A stretch of 64,000 nt of DNA, from the IMG/VR virus record IMGVR_UViG_3300028577_000007. The stretch is one strand, 5' to 3'. Shown here piece by piece: positions 48,854 to 59,506 of the stretch. Source of the stretch: an uncultured virus (IMG/VR IMGVR_UViG_3300028577_000007) (taxonomy: Duplodnaviria > Heunggongvirae > Uroviricota > Caudoviricetes). Position 1 is the stretch's first letter. Every line of letters begins with the position of its first letter. The notes under the pieces are model-generated. The model did no database searches, was not told the origin of the DNA, and worked only from the letters and a program-made list of their open reading frames with translations. A program made the position numbers and the translations under genes.

Positions 48854-50451
48854 ATGACCGCAATTACCCTCCCCGCAAAAGAGCTCTCCTGGCTGACCGC
48901 CCCCGCCTTCGCTTCGCGAAAGCGCACCGTGAAGGTCGAAGTGACGACCCGCGTTTACTTCGGCAACACGTTCTGGGACGGCGGCTCGAAAAATACCTAC
49001 CGCGCTGTCCGCCTCGCCGACGGCAACGTCGCGTCGCTCGAGACGGGCTCGTCGCCCTGGACGGCGGTCGCCGAGGGCAAGGCCGTCGAGCTCGAGCCCG
49101 GTATCGCCATCGTGGAAGAGTCGATCTTCTGCGGCAAGCAGATGCCGCTCCGCGTCTACCTGCACCCCTCGAACGCCGCCCCGCTCCTGGGGAGTAATTC
49201 CCAGCTCCCTCCGTACGAGAGAACACACCAATGGCCAAGCCCACCACCATGCCCGGTAAATTCGGCACGCTGTACCTGTACGAGCTGACCTACACGGACA
49301 CGTCAGACTCCGGCATGGGAGAGCTCACCTGCCGGCTCTGGGCCTACAACCTGGAGCACGCCGAGGACAAGTTCTACGGGGCGCCCGACGCTGACGGCTG
49401 GACGCTGCTCAGCGCAGCGCGCGTGCCGGCTGACTCCTCCTCCATGCACCGCGCAGTGCAACACACCCGCTGACACCCCCATGACCCGCCCCTTCGTCAC
49501 CCAGCAAGAGATCGACTCCCTCCTCCGCCGAGCGGGACTCCCGCTCGCGGAACGCGCCACGAGGCCGCCGCCGCCCTTCGGGACTGAGGGGTTCGATGTC
49601 TACCAAGACGCGATCGATCCGCGCGCCTACCTGAGGCCGGCCCTCCCTGCGCCGAGCTCGCTACTCTCGCATCCGCTGTACTGACCATGATCAACCTAGT
49701 CGCGTCCAACGCTATGGGCACGAAGAAGAACCTCCTCGGCTTCTTCTGCAACGTTGAAGAGGCCAAGGGATACGCCCAAGCCAAGGTGAACGAGATCGGG
49801 CTCTCCGAGCAGCTCTCCTGGAAAGAGATCACCGAGGACTTGCCGCTCCGGGAGCTGTTCATGACGGGGTCGCTGCTGCCCGTGAGCGTGCTCCGCGCGA
49901 ACTATGCCGACTCGTGCCTCATCATCCTGGATTACGGGTTCTGATCGGGGCTGTCATGACCAAGACCCGCACCTTCGTGAACCCCGGCATTTTCCTCAAG
50001 CTCACGAACCAGCAGGCGAGCATGATCCGCAAGGTGGAGTGGAGCTACAAGGAGCTCCACCGCCTCGTCGCTCGCGCCTTCGACGAGCACGCCGCCGGGA
50101 ACCTCCCCGAGGCCCGCATCCTCCTGAACCAAGCCCTCGACATCGAAATCGAGCTCGTCGGAGACTGCCCGGTATTGGGTGATCTCTCCGAGGAGTGGGG
50201 CGTAGACTACGAGCGCGACCAAAGGAAGGCCTAAAATGAGAATCGCCGACAGTTACCTCGAAGAAGTCATCGCCCTGGGCGGCAGCACGCGCCAGGGCCC
50301 CCTCAGTCGCGAGGCAGCGTGCCGCCTCGCGCTCGACCTGCGCGAAGCCCGGGAACAGATCCTGGCCCTCAGAGAAGAGATCTCCGAGTACGAGCGCCTG
50401 AGCCGTGAGCCACGGCGCGCGGGCGGGAAGATTGCTGGCCCCCGAGCGTAG
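48854..50451 (+). other. run of six small hypothetical ORFs (starts 48854, 49231, 49481, 49687, 49956, 50236)
   Basis: Tightly packed co-oriented ORFs typical of phage accessory regions. Confidence 0.6.
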
Positions 50452-50460
50452 TACGTCACA

Positions 50461-50536
50461 GGTCACGCCAGAAGCGGCCCCGCGAGCTTGAGCAGCCCCC
50501 CACTGATTCGCTCGCGGGGCCACTTGTGGCGTGACC
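50461..50536. repeat. 27-bp inverted repeat (2 mismatches) with a 22-nt loop
   Basis: ggtcacgccagaagcggccccgcgagc ... gctcgcggggccacttgtggcgtgacc. Confidence 0.85.
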
Positions 50537-50555
50537 CAGAAAGAAGGAACCCCTG

Positions 50556-50876
50556 ATGACCGACTCGACACCTGCCTCCGTGTACACCGTTTCGTTCTGG
50601 GGCTCGCACCCCGACGAAGAGAACGACGACTGCTGGACGGGCGAAGACTTCACGAGCCTCGACGAGGCTATGGCGGCGTTCCGGGCGGAGTGCCAGGACC
50701 GGGACGTGGCCTGCGTGATGATCGACGGTCCTGACTTGAACATCATCCGCCATAACCCGGGCCACCGCCCGCGTCGTCGCGATGCCGACAGCTACGATCT
50801 CGAGCGCTCAGAGCGCGCCTTGCAGGCCGGGATGGCGTTCGGGTGCGACGGCTACAACGACGAGATGGGCTACTGA
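50556..50876 (+). CDS. acidic hypothetical protein
   Basis: AAGGA RBS. Confidence 0.65.
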   Translation: MTDSTPASVYTVSFWGSHPDEENDDCWTGEDFTSLDEAMAAFRAECQDRDVACVMIDGPDLNIIRHNPGHRPRRRDADSYDLERSERALQAGMAFGCDGYNDEMGY

Positions 50877-50910
50877 GGAAGATCTCCCGGCGCTCCGCGT
50901 AAGACCTAAC

Positions 50911-52065
50911 ATGACCCTCTCACTGCTCGTCCCCCAAGAGGCCTTGCCGAAAGTCCTCAAGCGCCTCGACAAGCTCGCCCGCGCGGCCGGCGTCCTCTGC
51001 GAGGAGGTGCCCGGCACGACGACCCTCATCCGAGACAAGCGCGTGCTCACCTGCGCGCGCCTCACCATCGGAGATCTCCCGAGCGTTGGCGGTTACGAGT
51101 TCGCGGCTCGCATCGAGCACACCGCCGCGGGCAACGTCATCGCTCGCGGCCCGAAGGAGCTCGACTCGCTCGACGCCTCCTGGCGCACGGCAGAGCCCCT
51201 CTGCGAGCACTGTAGCACCAAGCGCCGGAGGAAGGAGACGTTCCTGCTCCGCCAGTACGGCATGCGCCTCATGCAGATCGGCCGCAATTGCCTGGCCGAC
51301 TTTCTGATGACCGACCCGGGCCAGATGATCGCGCTCGCCGAGCTCGTGCGGGCGGCGACCGAGGAACAGAGCGACGAGTGCTGGGGCGGTTACGGCGGCT
51401 ACTGGGAGGTCGCGCCGCTTGCCTTCATCGCGTGCGCGGTCGCCACGACCGAGCGCGACGGCTTCGTCAAGGCGAAGGACGAATTCCGCACCCCCACGGC
51501 CGCTATCGCGACCTTCCTCAGCGATCCTCAGCCCTCGGGCGACAGGTCCGCAGAATGGCTCGCGGGCCAATCGAACGAAGATCACATCGAGACCGCTCAC
51601 GCTGTCATCGCGTGGGCCGCGAGCCCCGGCGACAACGCCTCCGAGTACCTCTGGAACCTTTCCCTCGCGGTGAAACAACCTGGCGTCGGTAAGCACGCTG
51701 GGCTCCTCGCGAGCGCGCCGGCCGCGTACAACCGCTTCCTCGGGAAAGAGGTCCAGAAGAAACTCGCGCCCGCACGCCCCGAGGGCTTCGCCGTCGAGAA
51801 ACACATGGTGTTTTCGGGCGAGGTCACGCTCATCCGCCACTACCTGATGCACGACGAACGCTTCGACACATCGAAAGCGATCTGCACCTTCCGCACGGAC
51901 GAGGGCCACGAGGTGGTATGGTTTGCGACGGGCGTCGCGCCGAAGCCGGACATGCAAGGCATGCGCTTCCACATCAAGGGGCGCTGCAAGAAGCACGAAG
52001 AGTGGAAGGGTATAAAGCGCGCCATCTTGTCGCGCGTGACCTGGAAGCCGATCGAGATCCAATAG
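50911..52065 (+). CDS. phage-type protein with Zn motif and probable C-terminal OB-fold
   Basis: CEHC..RRR...QIGRNC; C-terminal KGRCKKHEEWKG...LSR. Confidence 0.75.
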   Translation: MTLSLLVPQEALPKVLKRLDKLARAAGVLCEEVPGTTTLIRDKRVLTCARLTIGDLPSVGGYEFAARIEHTAAGNVIARGPKELDSLDASWRTAEPLCEHCSTKRRRKETFLLRQYGMRLMQIGRNCLADFLMTDPGQMIALAELVRAATEEQSDECWGGYGGYWEVAPLAFIACAVATTERDGFVKAKDEFRTPTAAIATFLSDPQPSGDRSAEWLAGQSNEDHIETAHAVIAWAASPGDNASEYLWNLSLAVKQPGVGKHAGLLASAPAAYNRFLGKEVQKKLAPARPEGFAVEKHMVFSGEVTLIRHYLMHDERFDTSKAICTFRTDEGHEVVWFATGVAPKPDMQGMRFHIKGRCKKHEEWKGIKRAILSRVTWKPIEIQ

Positions 52066-52076
52066 GAGAAGAGCGC

Positions 52077-54699
52077 GTGATCATCAACACCGAAATATGC
52101 GGCCACTACGAGCGCGTCATGCGCCCGCCCCCCGACGAGCGCCTCGCGCGCTTTCTTGATCAGGTAGGCCGGCGCGCCATGGTCATCCCCCACAAGGGCG
52201 GGCGCTTCGTCTGGCTCCTGGACGTGCCGACAGAAGATCTCTGCCAGGTCCACGACGAAGCCGTAACCTTGAGCCTCAGTCTCTACGATCCTGAGCCCGT
52301 GCCCTTCAGGATTGGCGCCGCGGATCGGGAAAAAAGCGATCAGCTCCTGCTCGAGCGATACGACGCGCTCCGCTCGGCCCCGTCGCGAGGCACCGAAGAG
52401 GATCCATGACTCAGGACGAACGATCCAAGAGTGGGGGACGACGCTGGCTTCCGGGAAGAATCACTCGCCGGAATCAGAGCCCTCGAAGCGGAGCTTCGAA
52501 TGGCTGAGCGTGAATTCGCTCAGCTGTCTAACCAACTGCTGCTTCAACAAGCGGAGGGGGAGCGTGACCGAGCAAACGAGCGAGCAAAAGCGGATCGCGA
52601 TCGATCGGACGCGCTCGCCAGGCGGACGCTCTTGGTAGCCGCGCTAGCGGCAGTAAGCACGCTGGGTCAATGCGTCGCCCCGATCTATAAAATCTTCAGA
52701 CCAGACATCGCCCCCGCTCCGATCGCAATCCCGGCTCCTATCGTAACGGTGACCGTTCCAGCCCCAACTCCACTTGTGATCCCGGCTCCGATCGTCAGCG
52801 TTATTGTGCCGGCCGCGGGCGCTCGCAAATGAATCGTTACGAGAAAATGAAGGAGGGTCCGTGACCGCACCCCGAAAAGAGCTCCTGATCTGGTGGACGA
52901 ACAACGCCGAAGCGATCGCCATCGGCGACGAAGCTCCTGCAGCTCTTCCGGAGGACGTGCGCGAGCAGTACCGCTTGCGGAGGGGCTGGTCGGGCGCCGG
53001 CGCCAAGCTCTGGGTGCCGAAGAAGTTCGGGGAGAGGCAGATTGCTGACTGGCCGGACACATTCATCGCGCGCATGATTCGCAATGGAACATCCGCCGGG
53101 ATTGTGTTCGCGAGCCCAGATCTGAAGCTGTTCAAGGGCGTCCCCGGTGTTCTGACCGACTTCCAATTGCGCGTCGTGGTGATCTGAATGCCCACTCCTG
53201 ATAACCTTCGACAAATCGCTCACCTCTTGGATCTGCTCGTCACCGTCGACCCCATGCACGTCAGGGTCGAGCTGCGCGGCGCGCGATCCATGTCCCCTAC
53301 CCAGACTCGAGCACTCGCGATCGAGCTGCTCTACGCGGCCGACGAAGCCGAGGGCGAAGAGAGCCTCGGCTCCTTCGGCTACACGGCAGAGGACTCGTAC
53401 AAGCTCGGGGAGCTCTACATGACCATCGACGAAGAACTCGGCTGGGAGGATGACGAGCAAGAGCTCGACAGTGACTACCGAGCGAGGATCAAGCAGGTGG
53501 GAGCGTTACTGAAACGTCGACTCAGGCTGGTGAAATCATGACCGCGCGGCAGCTGACCCCGGTTCCTACTCCCCATCAAGCAGTCCAGGTGCTCGAGATC
53601 TTGCAGCGCTGGACGAAGCGCGGCTGGTGGTACGACTCGTATATGACCCGCCACCAAGGCGTCGAGACGTACTACGTTCACTTCAGCGACCCAGACCCCG
53701 ACGCGCCGGAACATTTAGAGACCAAAGGCGTGAACCACTTCGACGCCCTCTGCCAGGCCACGGCCGCGATGCAGATCTTGCTCGAAGAGCGTCCCGAGAC
53801 CTAAATGGCCTTCGTTACCTCCTACGAACGCCGCACCCCGGGCGGACTCCGCACTCGCGTCCTCTGCTGCTACGACGGGCGCCAAGCGCGACCCGATGAT
53901 CCGGTACTGAGCCACACCGTACACTTCTGCCAAGACCCAAGCGGGCGGCTAGCCCACGTGGAAGAGCTCTGGAAAGAGCAGGGCTGGGGCAAGCGCGGAA
54001 AAGATCTTCCGATCTGCCCCGGGCACCGGCAACCAACCGACACCGACTGGACCGACTAACGATGGCTATCTGGTTAGAGGAGCTGAATTCGGGCGGCCGG
54101 GTCGTGGGATGTCACCACGGTAATGAGTCGATGCTGAAACCAACGGACAACGGAAAGCTCGGCGTCGACAGATACCAGATCTACCCGACTCATACCCTCG
54201 AAGTGCCTCGCGACGCCGACCTAGTCGGATGGGCTCGTCGAGGCGGCCGGCTCCCCATCTGCCCCGGGCACAGGCAACCAACCGACACCGACTGGGCCGA
54301 CCCATGACCCTCATTTACACCCCGCGCCACGTCGATCAGCTCATCAATGAGATCGCAAACGATTGGGCCCAGACCAACGACCCCGACATGCACCGCGTAG
54401 CGGACGCTTTCCCGCTCGAAGTGCTCGAGAAGGCCTACCTGAAGAAGCTCGACGCCTTGGCTCCATTGCCAGAGTCCTCCTCAGGGCGCGCTGAGACGCC
54501 GGCCCAAAAGATCCATGTCATGCGGAGGCTGTGCCGCGCATGGTTCCGTGAGCCCCAGCTCCGCATCGGGCAATTCATCGCCACGGCGCTGCTTCACGGT
54601 AACCCCCGGTCTGCCGATGATGCCATGCGGCGTCTCTTCTATCAAGACGACAGCGCGATCGCCGATCTCGTGGAAAAGCGGTATTCTCACCCGAAGTGA
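52077..54699 (+). other. run of small hypothetical ORFs (52077, ~52406, 52861, 53188, 53538, 53805, 54062, 54304)
   Basis: Coupled + strand ORFs; 53805 and 54062 share the C-terminus LPICPGHRQPTDTDW. Confidence 0.6.
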
Positions 54700-55709
54700 C
54701 ATCCGGCATCACGCGCCCCGATCCGCTGCACTTGTCACCCGGCCAGCGCCTGGAGGCAGAGCGGCTCTACGCTCGCGCGTTGGAGTTCGAGAGGGAGGGC
54801 ACGCCGCTCAACACCAAGCGCGCCTACGAGGGCGACTGGAAGCGCTTCAGCGCTTGGTGCTCGGACTGGGGGCACCGCGCGCTCCCAGCCTCCCCGCAAG
54901 TCGTGATCTTGTACGTGACCTATCTCGCCGATCCCGAGCGCCCAGGCGGCTCTCAGAAGCCCGCCACCATCGATCGGGCCATGGCCGCGCTCTCGCATTA
55001 CCATCGCGTGCGGGGCTACGTGTCACCGCGGCAATCAGTGCACGTGCAGACCCACGTCCGGAAGGTCAAGAACGCCCTGAAGCTCGCCCCCGAGCAGGCC
55101 CCGCCGCTCCTCGTGCGGCATCTCGAGAAGATCGTGGCGCGCATGCCGGCGACGGAGCCCGTGGCGATGCGGGACAAGGCGCTCCTCCTCATTGGCTGGT
55201 CGGGAGCGCTTCGGCGGAGCGAAATCGCGGCGCTCGATCGCTCGCACGCGGTCTTCACGCCGGAGGGCATCCAGCTCACGATCGCCTCCTCGAAAACCGA
55301 CCAAGAGGGCCAAGGCGAGCTCATCCCCATCGAGCCCGCCACGAACCCCGATCTCTGTCCGGTCGCAGCCCTGCGCGCCTGGCTCGAGGCGGGGCTCCCT
55401 CACCCGGACTCGGGACTGCTCTTTCCGCGCACGTACTTCGGCGGCCTCGTCTCCGAGCGCATGCCGGACCGGGAGATCAATGACGTGGTGAAGATCTGGA
55501 CGCGAAAGGCGGGCGTGCTCCCGGACCAGCCAGGCGTGGAGTTTAGCGGGCACTCGCTCCGGGCAGGCTTCATCACGGAGGCCGCTCGCGCGGGCCGCGC
55601 CGAGTGGCAGATCATGGGGCATTCCCGGCACAGGAGCTACGAGGCCTTCCGCGGCTACATCCGCCGTGCGAATCTCTTTCAGGATAACCCTGGGCGCGGG
55701 TTACTCTGA
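54696..55709 (+). CDS. Cre-like tyrosine recombinase
   Basis: GALRRSE (R), SKTDQ (K), HSLRAG (HxxR), RHRS and GYIR (Y); N-terminal NTKRAYEGDW. Confidence 0.93.
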   Translation: MTSGITRPDPLHLSPGQRLEAERLYARALEFEREGTPLNTKRAYEGDWKRFSAWCSDWGHRALPASPQVVILYVTYLADPERPGGSQKPATIDRAMAALSHYHRVRGYVSPRQSVHVQTHVRKVKNALKLAPEQAPPLLVRHLEKIVARMPATEPVAMRDKALLLIGWSGALRRSEIAALDRSHAVFTPEGIQLTIASSKTDQEGQGELIPIEPATNPDLCPVAALRAWLEAGLPHPDSGLLFPRTYFGGLVSERMPDREINDVVKIWTRKAGVLPDQPGVEFSGHSLRAGFITEAARAGRAEWQIMGHSRHRSYEAFRGYIRRANLFQDNPGRGLL

Positions 55710-55737
55710 CCCGCGCGCACCCACCAAAGGACCCCTC

Positions 55738-56402
55738 ATGAACCCCTTCGACTCTATCAACATCAACTTTTCCAACATGCTCGGGAAACCCCTCCGTCAC
55801 TGCTTCGTCCCCGCCGATCAGGCGAGCGTGACGTTCGTGTTCGAGGATGGAATGCGGCGCTCCTTCGGCGCCATGAACGCCGGCGGCACGCGCATCACGC
55901 CCGTCGCGCTCACCTCGGGCAAGCCCACCGAAGGCGTCACCTTCACGCGCGTCGACTACCCGCTCGACACGGCCGACGGCATGCTCCTCGTCACGACGGA
56001 GAGCTCGGTGCGGGTGATGTTCCCCGTAGGAGGCTTTCTCACCGAACTACCCGAGTGACCCGTCGCATCGTCGCGAAAGAAAAGTTCCCGTGGCGCGGCT
56101 GGGAATTCCGCCAGTCGCTGTCGACCTCCCGCGAGGTGCACTGGCGGATGAAGCACGGCAAGATCGAAGTGCGGCTCGTCTATCGGGACATCCAAGATCC
56201 GGACGCGCCGCCCGAGTGGACCGCGCTCATTCACATGCACGGGCTCGTCGATGGCGTCGGCAAGCACACGGCGGGAGCCGGGTGCTCGGAGGCGAGCTTC
56301 GAAGAGGCCCTCCTCGAAGCCGAGCGGGACTTCGAGCAGAAGCTCGTGGCGGCGGTTCGGTTGCTCGGTGAGCTTCGCCGAGGAAAACCGCGCGATCCGT
56401 GA
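55738..56402 (+). other. two hypothetical ORFs (55738-56058 and 56055-56402)
   Basis: Coupled ORFs. Confidence 0.6.
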
Positions 56403-56406
56403 TCGC

Positions 56407-56434
56407 TTGACAGCTTCGTGCTGTCTCGTATAGC
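56407..56434 (+). promoter_or_regulatory. TTGACA promoter overlapping operator site 6 (56409-56425)
   Basis: ttgacagcttcgtgctgtctcgtatag; heads the gene run leading to the Cas12m-like gene. Confidence 0.7.
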
Positions 56435-56445
56435 GTGAGCGGGTC

Positions 56446-57941
56446 ATGTCGGACGCGCCTGAGATTCGCTCATTCATCTGCTTTGCGCGTCATCGGGATG
56501 AAAGCCGGAGACCGCGCTGGTCTCTCGTCTCGGCTTGGACCGCGGCCGACGCCATCGCCCAGAGCGAGCTCTACCTGCGCCGGCTGCCATGCAGCTGCGG
56601 TTCACGCTGCACGCACCTGCACCAAGAGTTGATCCTCACCCGAGTCGAGCCATTCGATCGCGAGACTCACGAGTATTTGTTCCTGCACCAGGAAGATCGC
56701 TGGTAGCCCCTCCGTAGGACCACCCAAGATGTCATTCCCACTCGCCTATCTCTTGCCGGCCGCCTATCTGCTCGTGGGCGGCATGCTGATGCTCGGTACG
56801 CAAACCATCGTGGGCAGGATCTTGACCCGCACGGAGATCGTGCGAGGCGTGTTGCTCTGGCCCGTCTTCCTGCTCCTCGCCATCGAACACTTCCTCCTCG
56901 AGCTGATCGGCCGGTACCGTGACTGATCCGGTCATCCTGAGCGATCTCACGCGCGCGCTCCGAGATCTCGAGCTCGTGAGGCCCTACTCGTCGAGCCCGA
57001 CCGCCCGCACGTGGCGGGGGGCCATCGTCAACCTCCGCGGCATCGAAGCCGTGCTCATCGCGATCGACGCCTTCAGGCCAGGGCTCCTCCGGGCTCTCGA
57101 GGCCTCCGCGATCGACGAGATGCTCGTGGTGCACGACGAGCCGATCCCGGAGGTGACGGCGCTCATCCGGCGCTACGCGCGCCGACTGGAGCCACTCCGG
57201 TGAGCGATTTACTCACGGTGACACGGGCGAAGACCCTCTGCGCCGAGGCGCTCGAGAAGCGCTTCGGCTGGCTCCGGCGCGAGCTCGCCCTCAAGGGCGG
57301 CAACCTGAACGAGCTGCCCGCGACGCACCAGCTGCTCTGGTTTGGGCGGCAGAAGGCTATCGGTCGCTACAACCGCATCGGTGAGCAGCGGGACCCGGGG
57401 AAACGTGAGCGCGCTTACCTCAAGCTCGCGCGAGAGCTTCAGCGATGAAGCCTCCCGCGATGAAGCTCCTGAACTGCACGCGCTGCGACGACGTGGTGAA
57501 GCTCGTCGAGAAGCTCCGGTACTGCGAGTGCACGCTCTCGAGCGGACGGACGGAGTTCTCGGGGGCAGAGGTGACGATCGCGGGTCCGGCCCGCGTGCTC
57601 ACGATCGATTGGGAAGTGTACGACGGGATCGCCGAGGGGACCGAGCGACCGTTTGGTGTTCTGCCGCGATCCCAGTACCGGGTGAAAGGCAGCTTATGAA
57701 AGGTCGAAATGTATTCGCCGAAGAGATCACGTTCGTCCTGGTCGATCGTCAGACCGGCGAGCGTCGTGTCGCAACGCGCGATGACATCAAAAAGATCCTC
57801 GCTGAGCTAGGGCTCGAGATCGTTCCAATCGGAACAGTGAACTGGGGAAGGCATCCGGACGCTGACCTTATGGAACGAAGAATCGCTGACCTGACCGAAA
57901 AAATCGCTGCATTGACCAAGAAAGATCCAGTTGCACCATGA
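56446..57941 (+). other. six small ORFs (56446, 56729, 56919, 57200, 57445, 57696)
   Basis: Mostly coupled by overlapping start/stop codons. Confidence 0.6.
57116..57241 (+). repeat. long inverted repeat, left copy
   Basis: Matches the reverse complement of 63078-63200 with a few substitutions and one 3-nt indel. Confidence 0.9.
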
Positions 57942-59500
57942 TGGTCTACCGCTACGGCGCCTTGAAGCCTCGCGTGCTCGATAACGACGGAGCCGAGCTC
58001 CCCTTCGAGACGCTGCTCGACTACCAACGTCTCTCGAACCGCTTCTACAATGCCCTCGTCGAGATCGAGCGCTGGCGCATTGCGGCTGAGTTCGTGACCG
58101 AGATACTCAACGGAGATCGGCTCACCGAAGACCAGAAGAACGAGCACCGGCTCGCTTACAACGCGGACTGCTCTGTCGCGGGTCAAGAGACGACGATCGG
58201 CTGGGGCCAGAAACAGGCCGTGACCGAGATGGTTGCGGCCGCGGTGAAGACCCGTCGCAAAGACGAAGCCAAGGCGCGCCGGAAGGCTGACCTGAAAGAC
58301 TGGCACTGGCTGAAGCGCGTGCTCGCCATCCCGCGGCCCCGCTACCGGCGCTTCGACGGCGAGGGCCCTATTGCGGCAACCGTCCAGGGGTGCAGCAAGC
58401 TCACGGTGAAGTCCGTGCTCTCACCGAGCCCCAAGCCCACCAAGCGGAAGAAGCCCCTGGCGACCCATGTTGCCCTCCGCGTCGTGGAGACCAAGCATCG
58501 CAACTCCCACGCGATCGTCACGCTCCGCCTGTGCGACACGCTCAGTCTCGAAGTGCCGATCGTCTACGCCCCTGAGCGCGCAGAGTATCGCAATTCCGAC
58601 GTGCGCCCGCTCCCGAAGGAGTCCATCGGCCCGAGCGGCGCCCCGTACGATGTCCGCGTCATCTTCGCTCGCTTGCTCGTCGATCGCATTGGGGATCGCT
58701 GGGTGTACTCCGTGCACTTCACGATCGATGCCGTGCACGCGAAGAAACCGACGGGCATCGGGAAGTGCGCCGTCAACTTCGGCTGGCGGCGCGTGCCGGG
58801 AGGCGTCCGGGTCGCCTACGCCGTGGGCGAGGACGGCCGCGAGCAGTCCCTCGTGCTGCCCGATAAGCTCTTCGCTCGCATGGAGCACGCGGAATCCCTT
58901 CGCGGGCTCGCTGACGAGATCGCCGACGCTTACCTCGGCGACGGCGGGCGGCGCGCGAAGTCGCGCAAGGTGGCGCTCTCGTCGCCTCACGCCAATCACC
59001 CCGAGCTCGGCAAGATCCGCTTCACTCTCGAGCAGGCCAAGCTCGGGAGCGCCAAGGACGCCGAGCAGTGGGCGCGGCGCGACCGGCACCTCTATCAATG
59101 GGAGCGAGACGAGTACACGAAAGCGCTTCGCTCGCGGCGCGAGATCTATCGTCTCTGGGCGCGCGAGCTCCTCACCCAGTACGACTCCGTCGTCATCGAG
59201 ACCTTCGACATTCGGCAGGTCATCGAGCGCGGGAAGTACGAAATGAACATCCCGCAGGCGCGGCACTATCGCTTCCTCGTGGGCCCGCACTACTTGAGGC
59301 TCGACATCGAAGATGTGTTCGGGGAGCAGTGCAAGGTGCTACCGCCGGCGAAGCACACCCAGACTTGCCACGTGTGCGGCACCAAGTGCACATGGGATCG
59401 CGCCCGCGAGCTCATGCACGACTGCAAGAAGTGCGGAGCGTCTTGGGATCAGGACGCCAACAACGCCCGGAACCAGCTCGCGGCGGCTGCAGCCGAGTAA
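57938..59500 (+). CDS. Cas12m/TnpB-like protein with RuvC-I Asp replaced by Asn
   Basis: VYRYGALKP...YNALVEIER N-terminus; AVNFGWRR (RuvC-I), VVIETFD (RuvC-II), CHVC...CKKC Zn ribbon, WDQDANNARN (RuvC-III). Confidence 0.85.
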   Translation: MMVYRYGALKPRVLDNDGAELPFETLLDYQRLSNRFYNALVEIERWRIAAEFVTEILNGDRLTEDQKNEHRLAYNADCSVAGQETTIGWGQKQAVTEMVAAAVKTRRKDEAKARRKADLKDWHWLKRVLAIPRPRYRRFDGEGPIAATVQGCSKLTVKSVLSPSPKPTKRKKPLATHVALRVVETKHRNSHAIVTLRLCDTLSLEVPIVYAPERAEYRNSDVRPLPKESIGPSGAPYDVRVIFARLLVDRIGDRWVYSVHFTIDAVHAKKPTGIGKCAVNFGWRRVPGGVRVAYAVGEDGREQSLVLPDKLFARMEHAESLRGLADEIADAYLGDGGRRAKSRKVALSSPHANHPELGKIRFTLEQAKLGSAKDAEQWARRDRHLYQWERDEYTKALRSRREIYRLWARELLTQYDSVVIETFDIRQVIERGKYEMNIPQARHYRFLVGPHYLRLDIEDVFGEQCKVLPPAKHTQTCHVCGTKCTWDRARELMHDCKKCGASWDQDANNARNQLAAAAAE

Positions 59501-59506
59501 GCGAGC

